Source: an uncultured Phycisphaerales bacterium (lineage in GTDB: Bacteria > Planctomycetota > Phycisphaerae > Tepidisphaerales > Tepidisphaeraceae). Taken from it: DNA of 64,000 bases. Positions within the stretch are counted from its first letter, which is position 1. Every line of letters begins with the position of its first letter. The translations under genes were made by a program, and so were the position numbers. Location of the stretch: the NCBI GenBank assembly GCA_963758525.1, contig CAVWVQ010000003.1, positions 4,160,001-4,224,000 on the forward strand. The letters run 5' to 3'. The notes beneath the pieces were generated by a model. That model did no database searches. It worked only from the letters and a program-made list of their open reading frames with translations, and was not told the origin of the DNA. Positions 41,216 through 54,435 of the stretch are shown here, one piece after another.

Positions 41216-41481
41216 AATCCCTCCGTCTGGCGACTAAAGCGAACTTGCGCGACTACGCGCTTCCAAAAAAGCGTTCAGCGGCTGCCCCGAAGGGCCATCA
41301 CTGTCGCACGGGCGCATGCTCGCAAGTTCGTTTCGTGCGCCAAGGCATCGGGCGGTTGGTAGCCGCATCATAAGGGAACCGCGATGGACAGCAAAGTGAT
41401 CGCGGTTATGTGAGAATTTGATGAAGTCGAAGGAATTGCGGACTCCCGTTATACTGCGCTGAGCTTTTGGAGGCCCCTGGC

Positions 41482-43438
<1,957 letters not shown>

Positions 43439-43442
<4 letters not shown>

Positions 43443-44085
43443 TGAAATACCGCTCCATCCTCCTGTTCGGCGCGCCGGGCAGCGGCAAGGGGACGCAGGG
43501 CAAGATCATCGGAACCATTCCAGGATTCTTCCACAACGCCACCGGCGACATCTTCCGCTCCCTCGATCTGCAGAGCGAAACCGGCCGCAAGTTCTGGGAA
43601 TTCGCCTCGCGCGGCGAGCTCGTCCCCGACGAATTCACCATCTCCCTCTGGCGGCAATACATTCAGGGGATGGAGATGGTGAACCAGTTCCATCCCAACA
43701 ACGAGTTTCTCGTCCTCGACGGCATCCCCCGCAACCTCAAGCAGGCCCAGTTGCTGAACGACACGATCGACGTTCAGAAAGTGATCTACCTGCGCTGCGC
43801 CGATCTGAACAAGATGGTCGACGCCTCCGCCGCCGCGCCTTGCGCGAGAACCGCATCGACGACGCCAGCGACGCCGTCATCCGCCGGCGTCTTGAAGTCT
43901 ACGAACTCGAAACACGTCCGGTGCTGGACTTTTATCCGCAGGAAAAGGTCGTTCGAGTGGACGCGACCATGTCGCAGATCAGCGTGCTCAGCGAGGTGAT
44001 CAAGACGCTGGTCCCGCTGAAGGAATCGCTGGATGACCACAATCGCGCGCTGGTTGATTCCGTCGCGGCGATGAAAATTTCGTAG
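43439..44085 (+). CDS. adk: Adenylate/nucleoside monophosphate kinase; frameshift ~43823
   Basis: [31 protein letters not shown]...IRRRL..Y. Confidence 0.85.
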
Positions 44086-44147
44086 CACAGGCGTCCCGCC
44101 TGTGTTTGCCGGCCACAGGCGGGACGGCGGCGGGACGCCCATGCTGC
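44082..44147. repeat. REP family B cluster (GTAGCACAGGCGTCCCGCCTGTG...)
   Basis: Related to 11790-11842 and 24306-24416; its GTAG contains the adk stop codon. Confidence 0.75.
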
Positions 44148-44286
44148 AGATGTGGCATATCTGGCGCTCAAGCCCGTCGAATGGATTTGCTTTGGCTTCT
44201 TGATCGCGGTCGCGCCCTCTGCTTGCGAGGTCGCCAAAACTCTCTGGGGGCCGGGCCACTGCGACGAGCAGTGTTGATCGGCGCGT

Positions 44287-44841
44287 TCACGCCCGGCTCA
44301 GATACGCTCGCGTTTCGCAATTGATCCGCACGATTTCCCCCACCTCGATAAACGGCGGCACGCGCGTCTGCAGCCCTGTCTCCAGAACCGCGTCCTTCAT
44401 CTGATTGGTGGCGGTCGCGCCTTTGATGCCGGGGGCGGTGTCGGTCACTTCAAGGTCCACCGTCTTTGGCAGTTCGTACGACACCACTTTTCCTTCGTGA
44501 TAAAATGCAGTCAACGGCGTATTGGGCTTGAGCACCAGGATATCGTCGCCGAATACCGCCTTGGGGATTGAATCCTGATCGAACGTCTCCATGTCCATCA
44601 GAACGTGGCCTTCATTGTCTGAGTAGAGATACTCCACCTGGCGGCGATCCAGCGTTGCGGTTTCGATATCATCGGTGGCGCCAACCCGCTTGTCCTGAAT
44701 GGTTCCCTTCGACACGTCGCGCATCTTGAACTGGACCTTGGCGCGCAGGTTGCCGGGCGTGTTGTGATCGGCGTTGGTCACGACATACAGTTTGCCGTCA
44801 ATAATGACGGCCTGTCCTTTACGGATTTCACTGGCTCGCAT
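44287..44841 (-). CDS. efp: Elongation factor P
   Basis: HNTPGNLRA, EYLYSD, PGIKGATA, LETG..VPPFI..GE. Confidence 0.93.
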   Translation of the reverse strand: MRASEIRKGQAVIIDGKLYVVTNADHNTPGNLRAKVQFKMRDVSKGTIQDKRVGATDDIETATLDRRQVEYLYSDNEGHVLMDMETFDQDSIPKAVFGDDILVLKPNTPLTAFYHEGKVVSYELPKTVDLEVTDTAPGIKGATATNQMKDAVLETGLQTRVPPFIEVGEIVRINCETRAYLSRA

Positions 44842-44988
44842 GCTGTTTCCTCGTTGGTGGCGCTGCCGCGAAGCAGATGTCGCGAGCCGCCGAAACGGTC
44901 AAAATTACAGCCGGCGGGCGCGGAGGTCAAACGCACGTGCGGCGCGGGTCGGGCGGGTGTGGCGCTCGAAAGTGGCGATCGGCTCCGA

Positions 44989-45056
44989 GTAGGGCGGGAT
45001 TCATCCCGCCGATTTGTTGGCCGGCTGAGAAAACGGCGGGATGAATCCCGCCCTAC
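44989..45056. repeat. REPIN family A
   Basis: gtagggcgggattcatcccgcc...ggcgggatgaatcccgccctac. Confidence 0.85.
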
Positions 45057-45133
45057 GATCGCAAAATCTGCAATCGCCACAAATAAAAGTTACACCCGGC
45101 CGGGCCACGGGGTATCGCAGAACTCGAAAGGTC

Positions 45134-47324
45134 TTAGGATCGCAGTGTCGTTGTCAAGAAGGATATCACTGCCGTCGCGGTGTCCATCCAGTTGTTCGGA
45201 AAGAATGGACGCCCCGGACGCGGATCGGGCCAGGGCCGCGGCGCGGGGGTGGGCGGCGGGGTTGAGGTGGGAGAGATTGTGAAGTTCACGCCGTTCAGGT
45301 TTGTGTCGCCGGAGGTGATCTGGAGTGGCGAAGGAGCCGCTCCCGCCAGTTGCATGGACTTTGGCATCGATAGAACCACCTGATACATGCCGGTGGCGCT
45401 GGCACCCGGTGTGATGGCTGCGTCGGTATTGCCGCTGCTGAGTTGATTGAAGCTGTAGTTGCCCGATGCGTCGGTGGTAGTTGCGGCAAGCAGGTCACCG
45501 CTTGTGTCTTCAAGATCGACTGTCAGCCCGGGCATTCCGAGCGCCTGGGATCCGAAGCGCCACCTGGAGCGCCCGCCATCGAAACTGTTCCGCTGATGGA
45601 CGCCCTGAAATAGAAGACATCTGACTGCAGGTTGGTGACGTTGGTATTTGCCTCGATCACTTTCGCCAGCGTATTGCCCTGGAAGAAAAAGTTGGCCTCC
45701 TCGGGGGTGGAGTTTTCGTTGAGATAGAAGAAGCGGTCGCCGTCCCGCAGCCGGGTGAACTGATCGACCATGATGGCCTGGAAGAGCGGTCCGACGTCCG
45801 AGCCGCGGACATGATCCTCGGCAAGTCCGCCTTCGAAGGCGTCAATCGTGTTCACGCCGCCGGGATAGGCCGCGGCCAATTGGTTTTGAACGGCGACATT
45901 GCTGGTGATCTGGGCGAAGCTCTTGACGGGCGGCAGCTTCAGCGCCATGCGCAGGGCGTTATAGTTTGGAATCCCGTTATCCCGTCCGCGCTGAACGTCG
46001 CGGGCCATCAAGTCGTCTCCGCCGGCTCCGTTGCCGAAGAGCAGGTTGCGGACGTCGCCGATGGCCATCAGATCCATCGCCTGCGAGTCACCATCGGCGT
46101 CGCCCTTGAGGATCACTCCGATGTCGGTGGAGGTTTGACCTGTCAGAGGGTCGACGACTTTCGCGGGATTGAGAAGGTTGGGATCGAAAAAGTCCTGGGC
46201 GAGGGAGATGCTGTCGCCCGCGGGGTCGGTAATCGAGGACCCGTCATTGTTGTGACGCTCGATTCCGCCGCTGAGCAGGCTGTGACCGAAGCGAAAGGCG
46301 ACGGTGGAGAATTCGTTGGAGATCGTCGGATTGACCGACGGATTGTACCCCCTGTAGGCCGGGAGCGCGTTTCTGCCGAGAACCGCGGGAATCCATTCGT
46401 TGTAAACGATGCTCTGATACTGGGCGATATTGATCTTCCTCGCCTGCTGATACAGCGTGTCGTCAGTCCACTGCGGATGCAGCGCCTGCAGTTGCGTCGC
46501 AATCCGATTGTGGTTGCGCATGAAGAGCGTTTGCAGCGCGGTCAGTTCAATATTCTCATTGGCGCGCCGATCGCCGGCGGCAAACAGCTTGTCGGAAGTG
46601 ACCATTCCCGCGTCGTTGGCCATGTTGAGCGCGGTAAGCTGGTCAGCCGAGAAATAGGTCGAATTGTTGTACGGCAGCATGTTGCCCGGACTGGTTTTCA
46701 ACAATCCCCCCGCTCCGGTGCGCAGGGCTGCGGCTACTGTCTGCGTCGATCCGTAGACATTGGATAGATCGAGATACGAAGTCACCACGGTTGTCTGCTG
46801 CCGTGGATTGGCTTTGCTGGTTCCGGTGGCGGGATCGAATTGCGACCGCGTGAACTCGAGCGGGCCGGGACCGATTGGATCGTTGGCTGCCACAGCGATG
46901 GGAAATGACGCGCCGCCATCCAGCGTCAAATCCAGATCGTGATCCATGAACTGCCCGAAGGCATATCCGAAATCCGAGAGGCTGTTCTGATCGATGGTGG
47001 CGATGTCCGCCGACGGATTTGCCGGATCGGCCTGATTGTTCAGCAGATTGCTGATGGCGCGGCGCTCTGATCACCGGGTAGAGCGGGTGAGCTGACGCCG
47101 TCGCTGTATGCCGCAGCCGCGAGGCGGAGCAGGTCGGTGTTGGCGGTTCCCCAGCTGGGGTTTGCAATGTTATTTCCAACTTCGTCGATCGGCCGAACGC
47201 TCGTCGACATCAACAAGCGCCCCTCAAGCGTCTCGAAAACACACTTCGTCGCACCTCTTATCTTTTGCTCATGCAACCGCTTTTCTGTTAGGCGACCAGC
47301 CCGAAGCCACAAAAACATTTCCAT
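45134..47324 (-). CDS. Secreted heme peroxidase (peroxidase-cyclooxygenase superfamily) with Planctomycete extracellular motif and SdrD-B/Cna-like C-terminal domain; frameshifts ~47062 and ~45540
   Basis: ETLEGRLLMS; GQFMDHD; GDRRANEN; AFRFGHS; RGRDNG; RDGDRF; TTTDASGNYSF. Confidence 0.85.
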
Positions 47325-47765
47325 GAAATTGCCCTTTCTCTCTCTTCTTCAGCGTCTCCCGACCGCGCCAAAACACCGCGGTCGATGCGTGTAGGGAGAA
47401 AGCGACGCGAGGCGCCAGCCGCAGACTTGAATGATGTTGAGGCGCCCTTCGCGAGCGACCTCGCGGACGCCAAATGCGATTCAAACCTCAAAAAGAAGGG
47501 CAAAACTGGAGCGCGGAATATGGTTGCAGCAAAGCGTCGCATAATCTCCCGGGCCGGAACTTACAAAAGTGCGCGCGCCGAAGTCAACGTAATTTGCCGA
47601 ATATTGGGGAGCGGCGTATGGTTTTTTGTTGATTGCGGTCGGGTATGTGGTTTGGGCGGGGTGAGGCGCGGTAGCAATGTTGGGTCTAAGGAAGCGAGCT
47701 GAAAAACTCTAATTGCTGAGTTCGGTGTTGAGCGATCGCGGTCGCTTCATCAGGGGCCATAAACG

Positions 47766-47802
47766 CAACACCCTTGGCTGACAATCACAGCCAAGGGTGT
47801 TG
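47766..47802 (-). terminator. Probable intrinsic terminator hairpin
   Basis: Perfect 15-bp stem caacacccttggctg/cagccaagggtgttg with 7-nt loop, about 30 bp after the 47834 stop. Confidence 0.65.
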
Positions 47803-47833
47803 ATTTTACAAAGGAACGAGGAAACGCCGTGAC

Positions 47834-48352
47834 TCAGGCGCCTTGGCTCACGCGGTTCCACGCGTCACGAGCGGCCGGCTTCGCTCGATTCCAATCAAGC
47901 GAGGAGGTGCCACGCGATCCGCCCCAATTCTGGGACAGCTCGTCTTCAATTTGATCGAAGTTGCGGTCCGGATAGCGTGCGCGGGACTCCCAACCATATT
48001 GATAAGCGGGACCGAATTCGTCGTAGGACGACCCGGGTGTCGCATACGGGCGGGACGCGAAGTTGCTTCGCCAATACTCATGCTCTTTGGTGGGGTTGAT
48101 TCCCTCGGCGACGCCCTTCCCGATCAGCCCGCCAGCCACCGCTCCGACCGCCGCGCCAACTGCTGTTCCCACCGGCCCGACCGCACTGCCCGCGATAGCG
48201 CCAGCCGCCAGTGCTCCGCCGATGCCCGCTGCACCGCCGGCCGCCGCGCCGATTCCCGTGCCCACCGGATGGGAGCCGGGCGCCTTGGTAATGGGGTCGG
48301 GGTTGGCGGCTGGATCGTCGGTTCGATTGGTGTCCGTCATCTTCCTGTCCAT
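47834..48352 (-). CDS. Glycine-zipper hypothetical (stress-type) protein
   Basis: NPDPIT..PGSHPVGTGIGA, G/A zipper, EYWR...RPY, PAYQYG, L.W..AK.AARDAW. Confidence 0.75.
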   Translation of the reverse strand: MDRKMTDTNRTDDPAANPDPITKAPGSHPVGTGIGAAAGGAAGIGGALAAGAIAGSAVGPVGTAVGAAVGAVAGGLIGKGVAEGINPTKEHEYWRSNFASRPYATPGSSYDEFGPAYQYGWESRARYPDRNFDQIEDELSQNWGGSRGTSSLDWNRAKPAARDAWNRVSQGA

Positions 48353-48670
48353 GGGAATCTCCTCTAGCAAATTTTTAGTAAGCGTGACGGGAATCCCCGC
48401 GGGACTCTGCACATCCGCCACCCGATGGATACAACCTGCGTGCCTTGGCAATGAGGCCCGGTGATTGTCAAGGAACTAGTGGGCACCCCCCCCGGTGTAC
48501 GACAGAGTGCCGGGGAAAGCGCCGGGGTTGTCGTTTTGGCCGGCTCGCTGCATCGGGCCGATTAGCATGGAACAAAAATCCGATCTGCGCAATAGTGGGG
48601 GAGAGGCGGATCCCGACGCCTGAGGGTATATTACGGGATCATCAACGAACTCAACTGCGGAGACAATTCA

Positions 48671-49057
48671 ATGCAAAGCTCTGGGGCTTCTAAAGCGGCG
48701 TTGTGGACAGGGCGCGTGCTCAGCGCGATTCCAGTGCTCATGCTCCTCTGGAGCGGCTACGCAAAGATCACTCGCCAACCGCAAGTGATGGAGGGTTTCG
48801 CCAAATTCGGATTCTCTGAGAAGGTAATCGTTCCCTTGGGCATCATTGAAATCACCTGCACGATCATCTACCTGGTTCCTCAAACATCCGTGCTTGGCGC
48901 GATCTTGCTTACCGGCTACTTCGGCGGCGCTATCTGCACGCACCTCCGCGCCGGCCAGGCGATCCTCGTCTTTCCCTTGCTCTTCGGAATCTTTGTCTGG
49001 CTCGGCCTTTTTTTACGCGATCCCAGGCTGCGTCAGCTGATTCCGCTGCGGAAATAG
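48671..49057 (+). CDS. DoxX family protein
   Basis: GIIEI...IYLVPQTSVLGAILLTGYFGGAICTHLR. Confidence 0.88.
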   Translation: MQSSGASKAALWTGRVLSAIPVLMLLWSGYAKITRQPQVMEGFAKFGFSEKVIVPLGIIEITCTIIYLVPQTSVLGAILLTGYFGGAICTHLRAGQAILVFPLLFGIFVWLGLFLRDPRLRQLIPLRK

Positions 49058-49203
49058 ACGTTGCACGTCCGAGTTGAGTTGCAGCTTTGGGGAGTGAGCA
49101 ATTCCCGCGGGCCAACCGGGGTCGCTCAGAGCCTTTTTTGGAAGCGCGCGATCGCGTAAGCTGATAGACGCGCGATCCCAACAACCACCCATGGAGGCTT
49201 TTG

Positions 49204-49689
49204 ATGTCCTACGCTGAACTGTTTTCGAAGAATATTCTTCAGAGCAAGGGAATGCTCGGTTCGTTCCTCAAGGATTTCTCGGAGGCGGAGATGTATTTCC
49301 GTCCGGCCAAAACGGCCAATCATGCGACCTGGCAGATGGGGCATCTGGCCAACTCGGTGCGGGGCATAGTCACGGCGTGCAATCCGAGCGTCGTTTTCCA
49401 GTTCGAGGACGACACGCGCTTTGGCAAGAGCAAGGCATCCATCGACGATCCCGCTTTTTTCCCGGGCAAAGCGGAACTTCTGAGCAGATTCGATCAGGCG
49501 ATGGATACCGCAGCCAGTTGGGTTGCGAAACTCAGCGATGCGGAATTGGCCAAGCCAACACCCGAACGTATGCAACCATTCGCGCCAACAGTTGCAAATG
49601 CAGCGATACTCCTCGCCTCCCACCCGTTCATGCACATCGGCCAGTTCACGGTCATGCGCCGAGCGCTGGGCAAGCCGATTCTGTTTTGA
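49204..49689 (+). CDS. DinB family protein
   Basis: NHATWQMGHL, H..MHIGQ...RRALG. Confidence 0.88.
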   Translation: MSYAELFSKNILQSKGMLGSFLKDFSEAEMYFRPAKTANHATWQMGHLANSVRGIVTACNPSVVFQFEDDTRFGKSKASIDDPAFFPGKAELLSRFDQAMDTAASWVAKLSDAELAKPTPERMQPFAPTVANAAILLASHPFMHIGQFTVMRRALGKPILF

Positions 49690-49976
49690 GGCCGTTGGGC
49701 CGCTTAAAAAACGACGATGAAAACGGCGGATTACGTCTTCAGCGGTGATTGTCCCCTTTTCTGTCCCCCAACGGGTTGCCCTCGAAGTCACGCGGAGGTA
49801 ATTCGCCGTGGCCGCCGGTGGCCGTTTCGCGTCGTCGCGGATCGCAAGCCGGCCGTGTGGCGCGGACCTTTGGACAATTCCGTTGCGGGAGGGCCAGGGG
49901 GAGCGCTAAAAATCCACAGCGATGGCAACACTCACACTCAACGTTGCAGAAGAAGTGAGGGTAGGAAAGGCAATCC

Positions 49977-50201
49977 ATGTCCATGACGAAGGATCAAATA
50001 TTGACTGAGGCGATGGCACTTGACCCGAGGGAGCGTGACGAAGTTGCCGAAGCGCTGTGGCAATGCCTGGTTCCGGAGGAGTTGGAACCGGGGCAGGTTG
50101 CCGAGATACGTCGTCGCATCGACGCCTTGGACAACGGTCTTGTTCAGCCGATTCCCGGCGAGCAGGTGACGGCGGAACTACGCCAACGTTTCCAACGGTG
50201 A
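49977..50201 (+). CDS. Putative addiction-module antitoxin component
   Basis: EAMAL.PRER..VAE.LW, EIRRRI...G.VQPIPGEQV. Confidence 0.8.
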   Translation: MSMTKDQILTEAMALDPRERDEVAEALWQCLVPEELEPGQVAEIRRRIDALDNGLVQPIPGEQVTAELRQRFQR

Positions 50202-50302
50202 AGCGATGGACTATCGCTTCGGTGTGTAGGACGTGGGTGAAGAAAGGGGGGCTCAGCCTATCTGGAGTTTTGGCTTATGACCCCCTTACGTCGCCCCTTC
50301 AC

Positions 50303-50638
50303 ATGAAGCAAAAGAAACGCAATATCGCCCACGAGATCATCGCGGACTTGAAAGAGATGCACGCAACATTAAGGGCGGGAACGCCCCTGCGCGAGAAGTA
50401 CACGGTGCGAACAGTCCGCGCGGTGCCCGAGCCGGGCGAATATCACCCAGCGGATGTGCGCAGCACGCGCGAACTGGTCGGGGTGAGCCAGCCGGTGTTC
50501 GCTCGAATGCTCGGGGTATCGGCAGCACTGGTACGCTCATGGGAATGCGGCCAACGCAAACCGGCCCCCATCGCCCGGCGACTGCTGGACCTGATGCGCG
50601 CCAACCCATCCACCTGGCGCGAAATGGTCGCCGCGTAG
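50303..50638 (+). CDS. XRE/HigA-type HTH antitoxin-like protein
   Basis: VRSTRELVGVSQPVFARMLGVS..LVRSWECGQRKP. Confidence 0.82.
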   Translation: MKQKKRNIAHEIIADLKEMHATLRAGTPLREKYTVRTVRAVPEPGEYHPADVRSTRELVGVSQPVFARMLGVSAALVRSWECGQRKPAPIARRLLDLMRANPSTWREMVAA

Positions 50639-50687
50639 CTAGCCAAGCAGCTGCTGGAAGTGATTGGGAACGGCACCCCCCCGTCGG

Positions 50688-52142
50688 TTATGGCCGCCGC
50701 GCCGCATTGCGGCCGCGGTGCGGCGTCCGCTGATGCTGTGCCGGCCGGTTTCCCGTGGGCTTGTGCCGGCCCTGGGAAGAATGCAACGGGTGCGGCCCGC
50801 TCCGCGCGGCTGATCGCGGCGATGCATGGGCCGACCCGGCGGAGTGCGGGGCGGAATGCGATCGTGACGGGGTATGCGCGCCAGCGTGTGAGTGCTGTGA
50901 ATGTTGCGAACCATGCGATCGGGCGGGGGCGGATCCGTGAGAGTGGGATCGCGCATTTGCGTGGCCACTCTCGCGGGGCTCGGGCTTCTCGTACGCTTCG
51001 CTGGGGGACGAGGGAAGGGGATTGGTGTGAACGGGAATCGTTCGACGAATCAGTCTTTCGATGGCTTTCAGATTCGCCACCTCTTCGCGATCGCAGAAGG
51101 AGACGGCCGACCCGGATGCGCCGGCGCGGCCGGTGCGTCCGATCCGGTGAACATACGTATCCGGCTCGTGCGTGAGATCGTAGTTGACCACGTGCGTGAT
51201 GCCGTCCACGTCGATGCCGCGGCTGGCGACGTCCGTGGCGACCAGGACGGGAATCTTGTTGCTGGCGAAGTTCGACAGGGCGCGCTGACGGGCTCCCTGG
51301 CTCTTGTTGCCGTGGATCGCTTCGGAACGGATGCCGCGCGTCTGGAGGTGTTTGACGACGCGGTCGGCGCCGTGCTTGGTGCGGGTGAAGACCAGCGTGC
51401 GATACATCTTCAGCGACTGCACCAGGTGCGCGAGCAGGGCGGGCTTGTCCCGTTTTTCAACGCGATAGACCGATTCCTCGATCTTCACCGTGGACGCAAC
51501 CGGGGCGATGCTGACGACCACCGGCTTGGTCATCAGCGAATCGGCGAGCTTGCGAATTTCCGACGGTACCGTCGCGGAGAAGAGCAGCGTCTGCCGTTGC
51601 GAGGGGAGTTTCGAGACGATCTGGCGGATGGGATGAATGAATCCCATGTCGAGCATGCGATCGGCTTCGTCGAGCACGAGCACCTCGATGGCGCTGAGAT
51701 TGACGTGCCGTTGCTCCATCAGATCCATCAGCCGTCCGGGCGTCGCGACGATGATGTCGACTCCCGCGCGCAGCGACTGAACCTGCGGCGTCTGCCCGAC
51801 GCCGCCGAAGATCACCGCCTGGCGAAGGTGCAAACCCTTGCCATAGACGCGAAAGCTCTCGGCGATCTGCGACGCGAGTTCGCGCGTCGGACAGAGCACC
51901 AGGCAGCGCGCCCGGCGCGCGTTCTGTCCGTTCTGCGGCGCGGTTTTGATGGACAATCGATGCAGGATCGGCACCGCAAACGCGGCCGTCTTTCCCGTGC
52001 CCGTCTGCGCGGATCCGAGGACGTCTTTGCCTTCCAGAATCGGCGGAATCGCCTGCTGCTGAATGGCCGTAGGGATGGTATATCCCTCGGCCCCGATGGC
52101 CGCGAGGAGTTGAGGAGACAATTGAAGCTTGGAGAATCCCAT
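50688..52142 (-). CDS. rhlE: DEAD-box RNA helicase (RhlE-like)
   Basis: AQTGTGKT, PTRELA, TPGRL, DEAD, SAT, HRIGRTGRAG. Confidence 0.92.
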   Translation of the reverse strand: MGFSKLQLSPQLLAAIGAEGYTIPTAIQQQAIPPILEGKDVLGSAQTGTGKTAAFAVPILHRLSIKTAPQNGQNARRARCLVLCPTRELASQIAESFRVYGKGLHLRQAVIFGGVGQTPQVQSLRAGVDIIVATPGRLMDLMEQRHVNLSAIEVLVLDEADRMLDMGFIHPIRQIVSKLPSQRQTLLFSATVPSEIRKLADSLMTKPVVVSIAPVASTVKIEESVYRVEKRDKPALLAHLVQSLKMYRTLVFTRTKHGADRVVKHLQTRGIRSEAIHGNKSQGARQRALSNFASNKIPVLVATDVASRGIDVDGITHVVNYDLTHEPDTYVHRIGRTGRAGASGSAVSFCDREEVANLKAIERLIRRTIPVHTNPLPSSPSEAYEKPEPRESGHANARSHSHGSAPARSHGSQHSQHSHAGAHTPSRSHSAPHSAGSAHASPRSAARSGPHPLHSSQGRHKPTGNRPAQHQRTPHRGRNAARRP

Positions 52143-52476
52143 ATGCACACCTTTCGTGCGTAGTCCGTGGCGATCGACAAAGTCAGACCGCAAGCGGACG
52201 AAATGCGCACGTTTGCCTAAAAATGACGGCATCTGCCGAAAGGCAGAGTCGGGCTGGTGCGCTACAACTGGTTGCGTATATCAATCAGGAATGTGCCGGG
52301 AAAAACCCACTGGCGGATTCGCGTGACGATCTGAGGCAGGCAGCTGTTACGAAGGACTATACGCTAAGTTGAGGCAGAAAGCGAGGGACAAGAGCCGTCC
52401 GCAGCCGGGCGGAGGCAATATTTGAAAATCCGGCCGCCGCGCCTCCGCCTGCGTACCCCGCTTTCGCTTGGAAGCG

Positions 52477-53103
52477 CTAAGGAAGCAGGCGCTCCGCCGG
52501 AATAACGACCGGCTCTCCGGTGACGGTCGCGAGGCTCAATTTCATGCCAGCACTCAGCTTCCGCATTTCGGCGTATCCTCCTGAAGCGGCGTCAGCGGGT
52601 TTCTCATAAACCTCTATCACACGATCGATCAAATTCACGATCGCGTACATCGGAATACCCGCCGTCGCATAGAGCTGCAGCTTGTATCCGCGGTCGCGAG
52701 GCAAAGAAGAATCAGCCACTTCGATGACACAGAGGACATCGGCGGGGCGGGGATGACAGGTTCCGTAATCTTCTATGGTTCCGCGAACGATCGCCGCGTC
52801 CGGCTCCGGCTCGTCGCGGGGCGGAATGCTGATTGGCTGCTGTGATCGAAGGTGACAGCCAAGCGGTTCAAATGCGCTTGTCATCCGCGCGAGTCGGCTG
52901 ACGATCAGGGCGTGTTCGACGCCAACGGTCATGATGTCCTCCCCTTTTTCCGAGCGGATTTTCCTGACAATCTGCCCATCAAGCAGTTCGAAGGGCTCGC
53001 CCTCAGCAATCGACCCGGTGGCAATCATCTCGTGGTACTCATCGACGGTGTGCCGATAAACCAGTTCAGGATGAGCGGCCAACTCTTGGGCGATTGTCGT
53101 CAT
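52477..53103 (-). CDS. Uma2 family endonuclease
   Basis: TVDEYH.M, ELLDG, EPEPD, IEVADSS...DR..K...YA.AGI. Confidence 0.88.
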   Translation of the reverse strand: MTTIAQELAAHPELVYRHTVDEYHEMIATGSIAEGEPFELLDGQIVRKIRSEKGEDIMTVGVEHALIVSRLARMTSAFEPLGCHLRSQQPISIPPRDEPEPDAAIVRGTIEDYGTCHPRPADVLCVIEVADSSLPRDRGYKLQLYATAGIPMYAIVNLIDRVIEVYEKPADAASGGYAEMRKLSAGMKLSLATVTGEPVVIPAERLLP

Positions 53104-53142
53104 GACATTTTCCTTCGCGTCTTCGCGGCTCTTTCTCCCGAT

Positions 53143-54426
53143 CTATTGCGCGAAGCGTCTTACAATGATCGAATCATTCTGCCCCCCGAAGCCGAAGCTG
53201 TTGCTGAGCGCGACATCGACTTTGGCTTTGCGGGCTTGATTGGGGACGTAATCGAGATCGCACTCGGGATCGGGGAATTGCAGGTTCATCGTCGGCGGCA
53301 GCACGTTGTCTCGGATCGCGAGGACGCAGCAGATCAATTCGACCGCGCCGGCGGCCGCGATCAAGTGGCCCATCATGCTCTTGATGCTGCTGACGGGGCA
53401 GCTCTTGGCGCGTTCGCCGAAGACGGAGCGGATGGCGATGGTTTCGTTGCCGTCGTTTTCTCGGGTGCCGGTGCCGTGGGCGTTGACGTAGTCGATATCG
53501 GCTGGAGACATCTTCGCATCGCGCAGGGCTTCCTGCATCGCGACGATCGCGCCGCGGCCCTGCGGGTCCTGATCGGTGATGCGATAGGCGTCGGCGGTTG
53601 AGCCGTAGCCGGCGACTTCAGCGAGAATAGTCGCGCCGCGGGCGGTGGCGTGGTCGAGCGTTTCGAGGATGACCATGCCGGCGCCTTCGCCGAGGACGAA
53701 GCCGGCGCGCTGCGCGTCGAACGGTCGGCTGGCGCGGGCTGGTTCGGCGTTGGCAGTCGAGAGGGCGGTGAGACGATTGAAACCGGTGACGCCGAAGGGA
53801 TGGATCATGGAATGGGCGCCGCCGCCGATCATCACCTGGGCGTCGCCGCGGCGGAGGATCGCGGTGGCTTCGCCGATGGCTTGAGTGGAGGCAGCGCAGG
53901 CGGTGAGGCAGTTCATGGCTGGGCCGCGGGCGCCGGTGAGCAGGGCGAGGTGGGAGAGGGGCATGTTGGGCTCCTGCTCCAGCTCGCGCGACACGTTCAT
54001 CAGTTCTCGCGCAGCTCGGCCCATTTGACGGTGTCGAGCGTCGCGGTCTGGGACTGCCAGGCGGCGAGATTCGCGGTGGTGAAGGCGTCGAAATCGAGCG
54101 AGCCTTCGCCGCTGCCGAGATAGATCCCCACTTCATCGAGATCGAGCGTCGCGGCATCGAGCCCGGAGTGTTTCCACGCCTGCGCAGGCAGCCAGCGCGA
54201 ATTGCGTATTGCGACCGCCTGCAGCATGCGGGCCGATGTCGTCCAGATGCTCGGTGAGCTTGAAGTTTTTCACTTCCGCCGAAATCGTCGTGGGAAACGT
54301 CGCGGCATCGAAGAGCGTTGTGCGGGCGATTCCCGATTCGCCGGCCAATAGCCGTTTCCACGTCGACTCGATGGAATGACCCATCGGTGTGATCCAGCCC
54401 ATTCCTGTGATGACGACTCTTTTCAT
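53143..54426 (-). CDS. Beta-ketoacyl-ACP synthase (FabF-like, catalytically intact); frameshifts ~54180 and ~54010
   Basis: RVVITGMG, LTACAAS (Cys), NAHGTGT, KSMMGHL, SNSFGFGGQN. Confidence 0.88.
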
Positions 54427-54435
54427 AATGAAGTC

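Noticed and set aside
49744..49770. GTGATTGTCCCCTTTTCTGTCCCC as an IS end
   Set aside because: Single occurrence here with no partner end and no transposase
52150..52470. Riboswitch or ncRNA in the long leader upstream of rhlE
   Set aside because: No known consensus recognised; would need an Rfam/Infernal search
52477..53103. Uma2 nuclease as part of the KS cluster or a defence system
   Set aside because: Uma2 genes are commonly scattered in these genomes; only co-orientation supports a link
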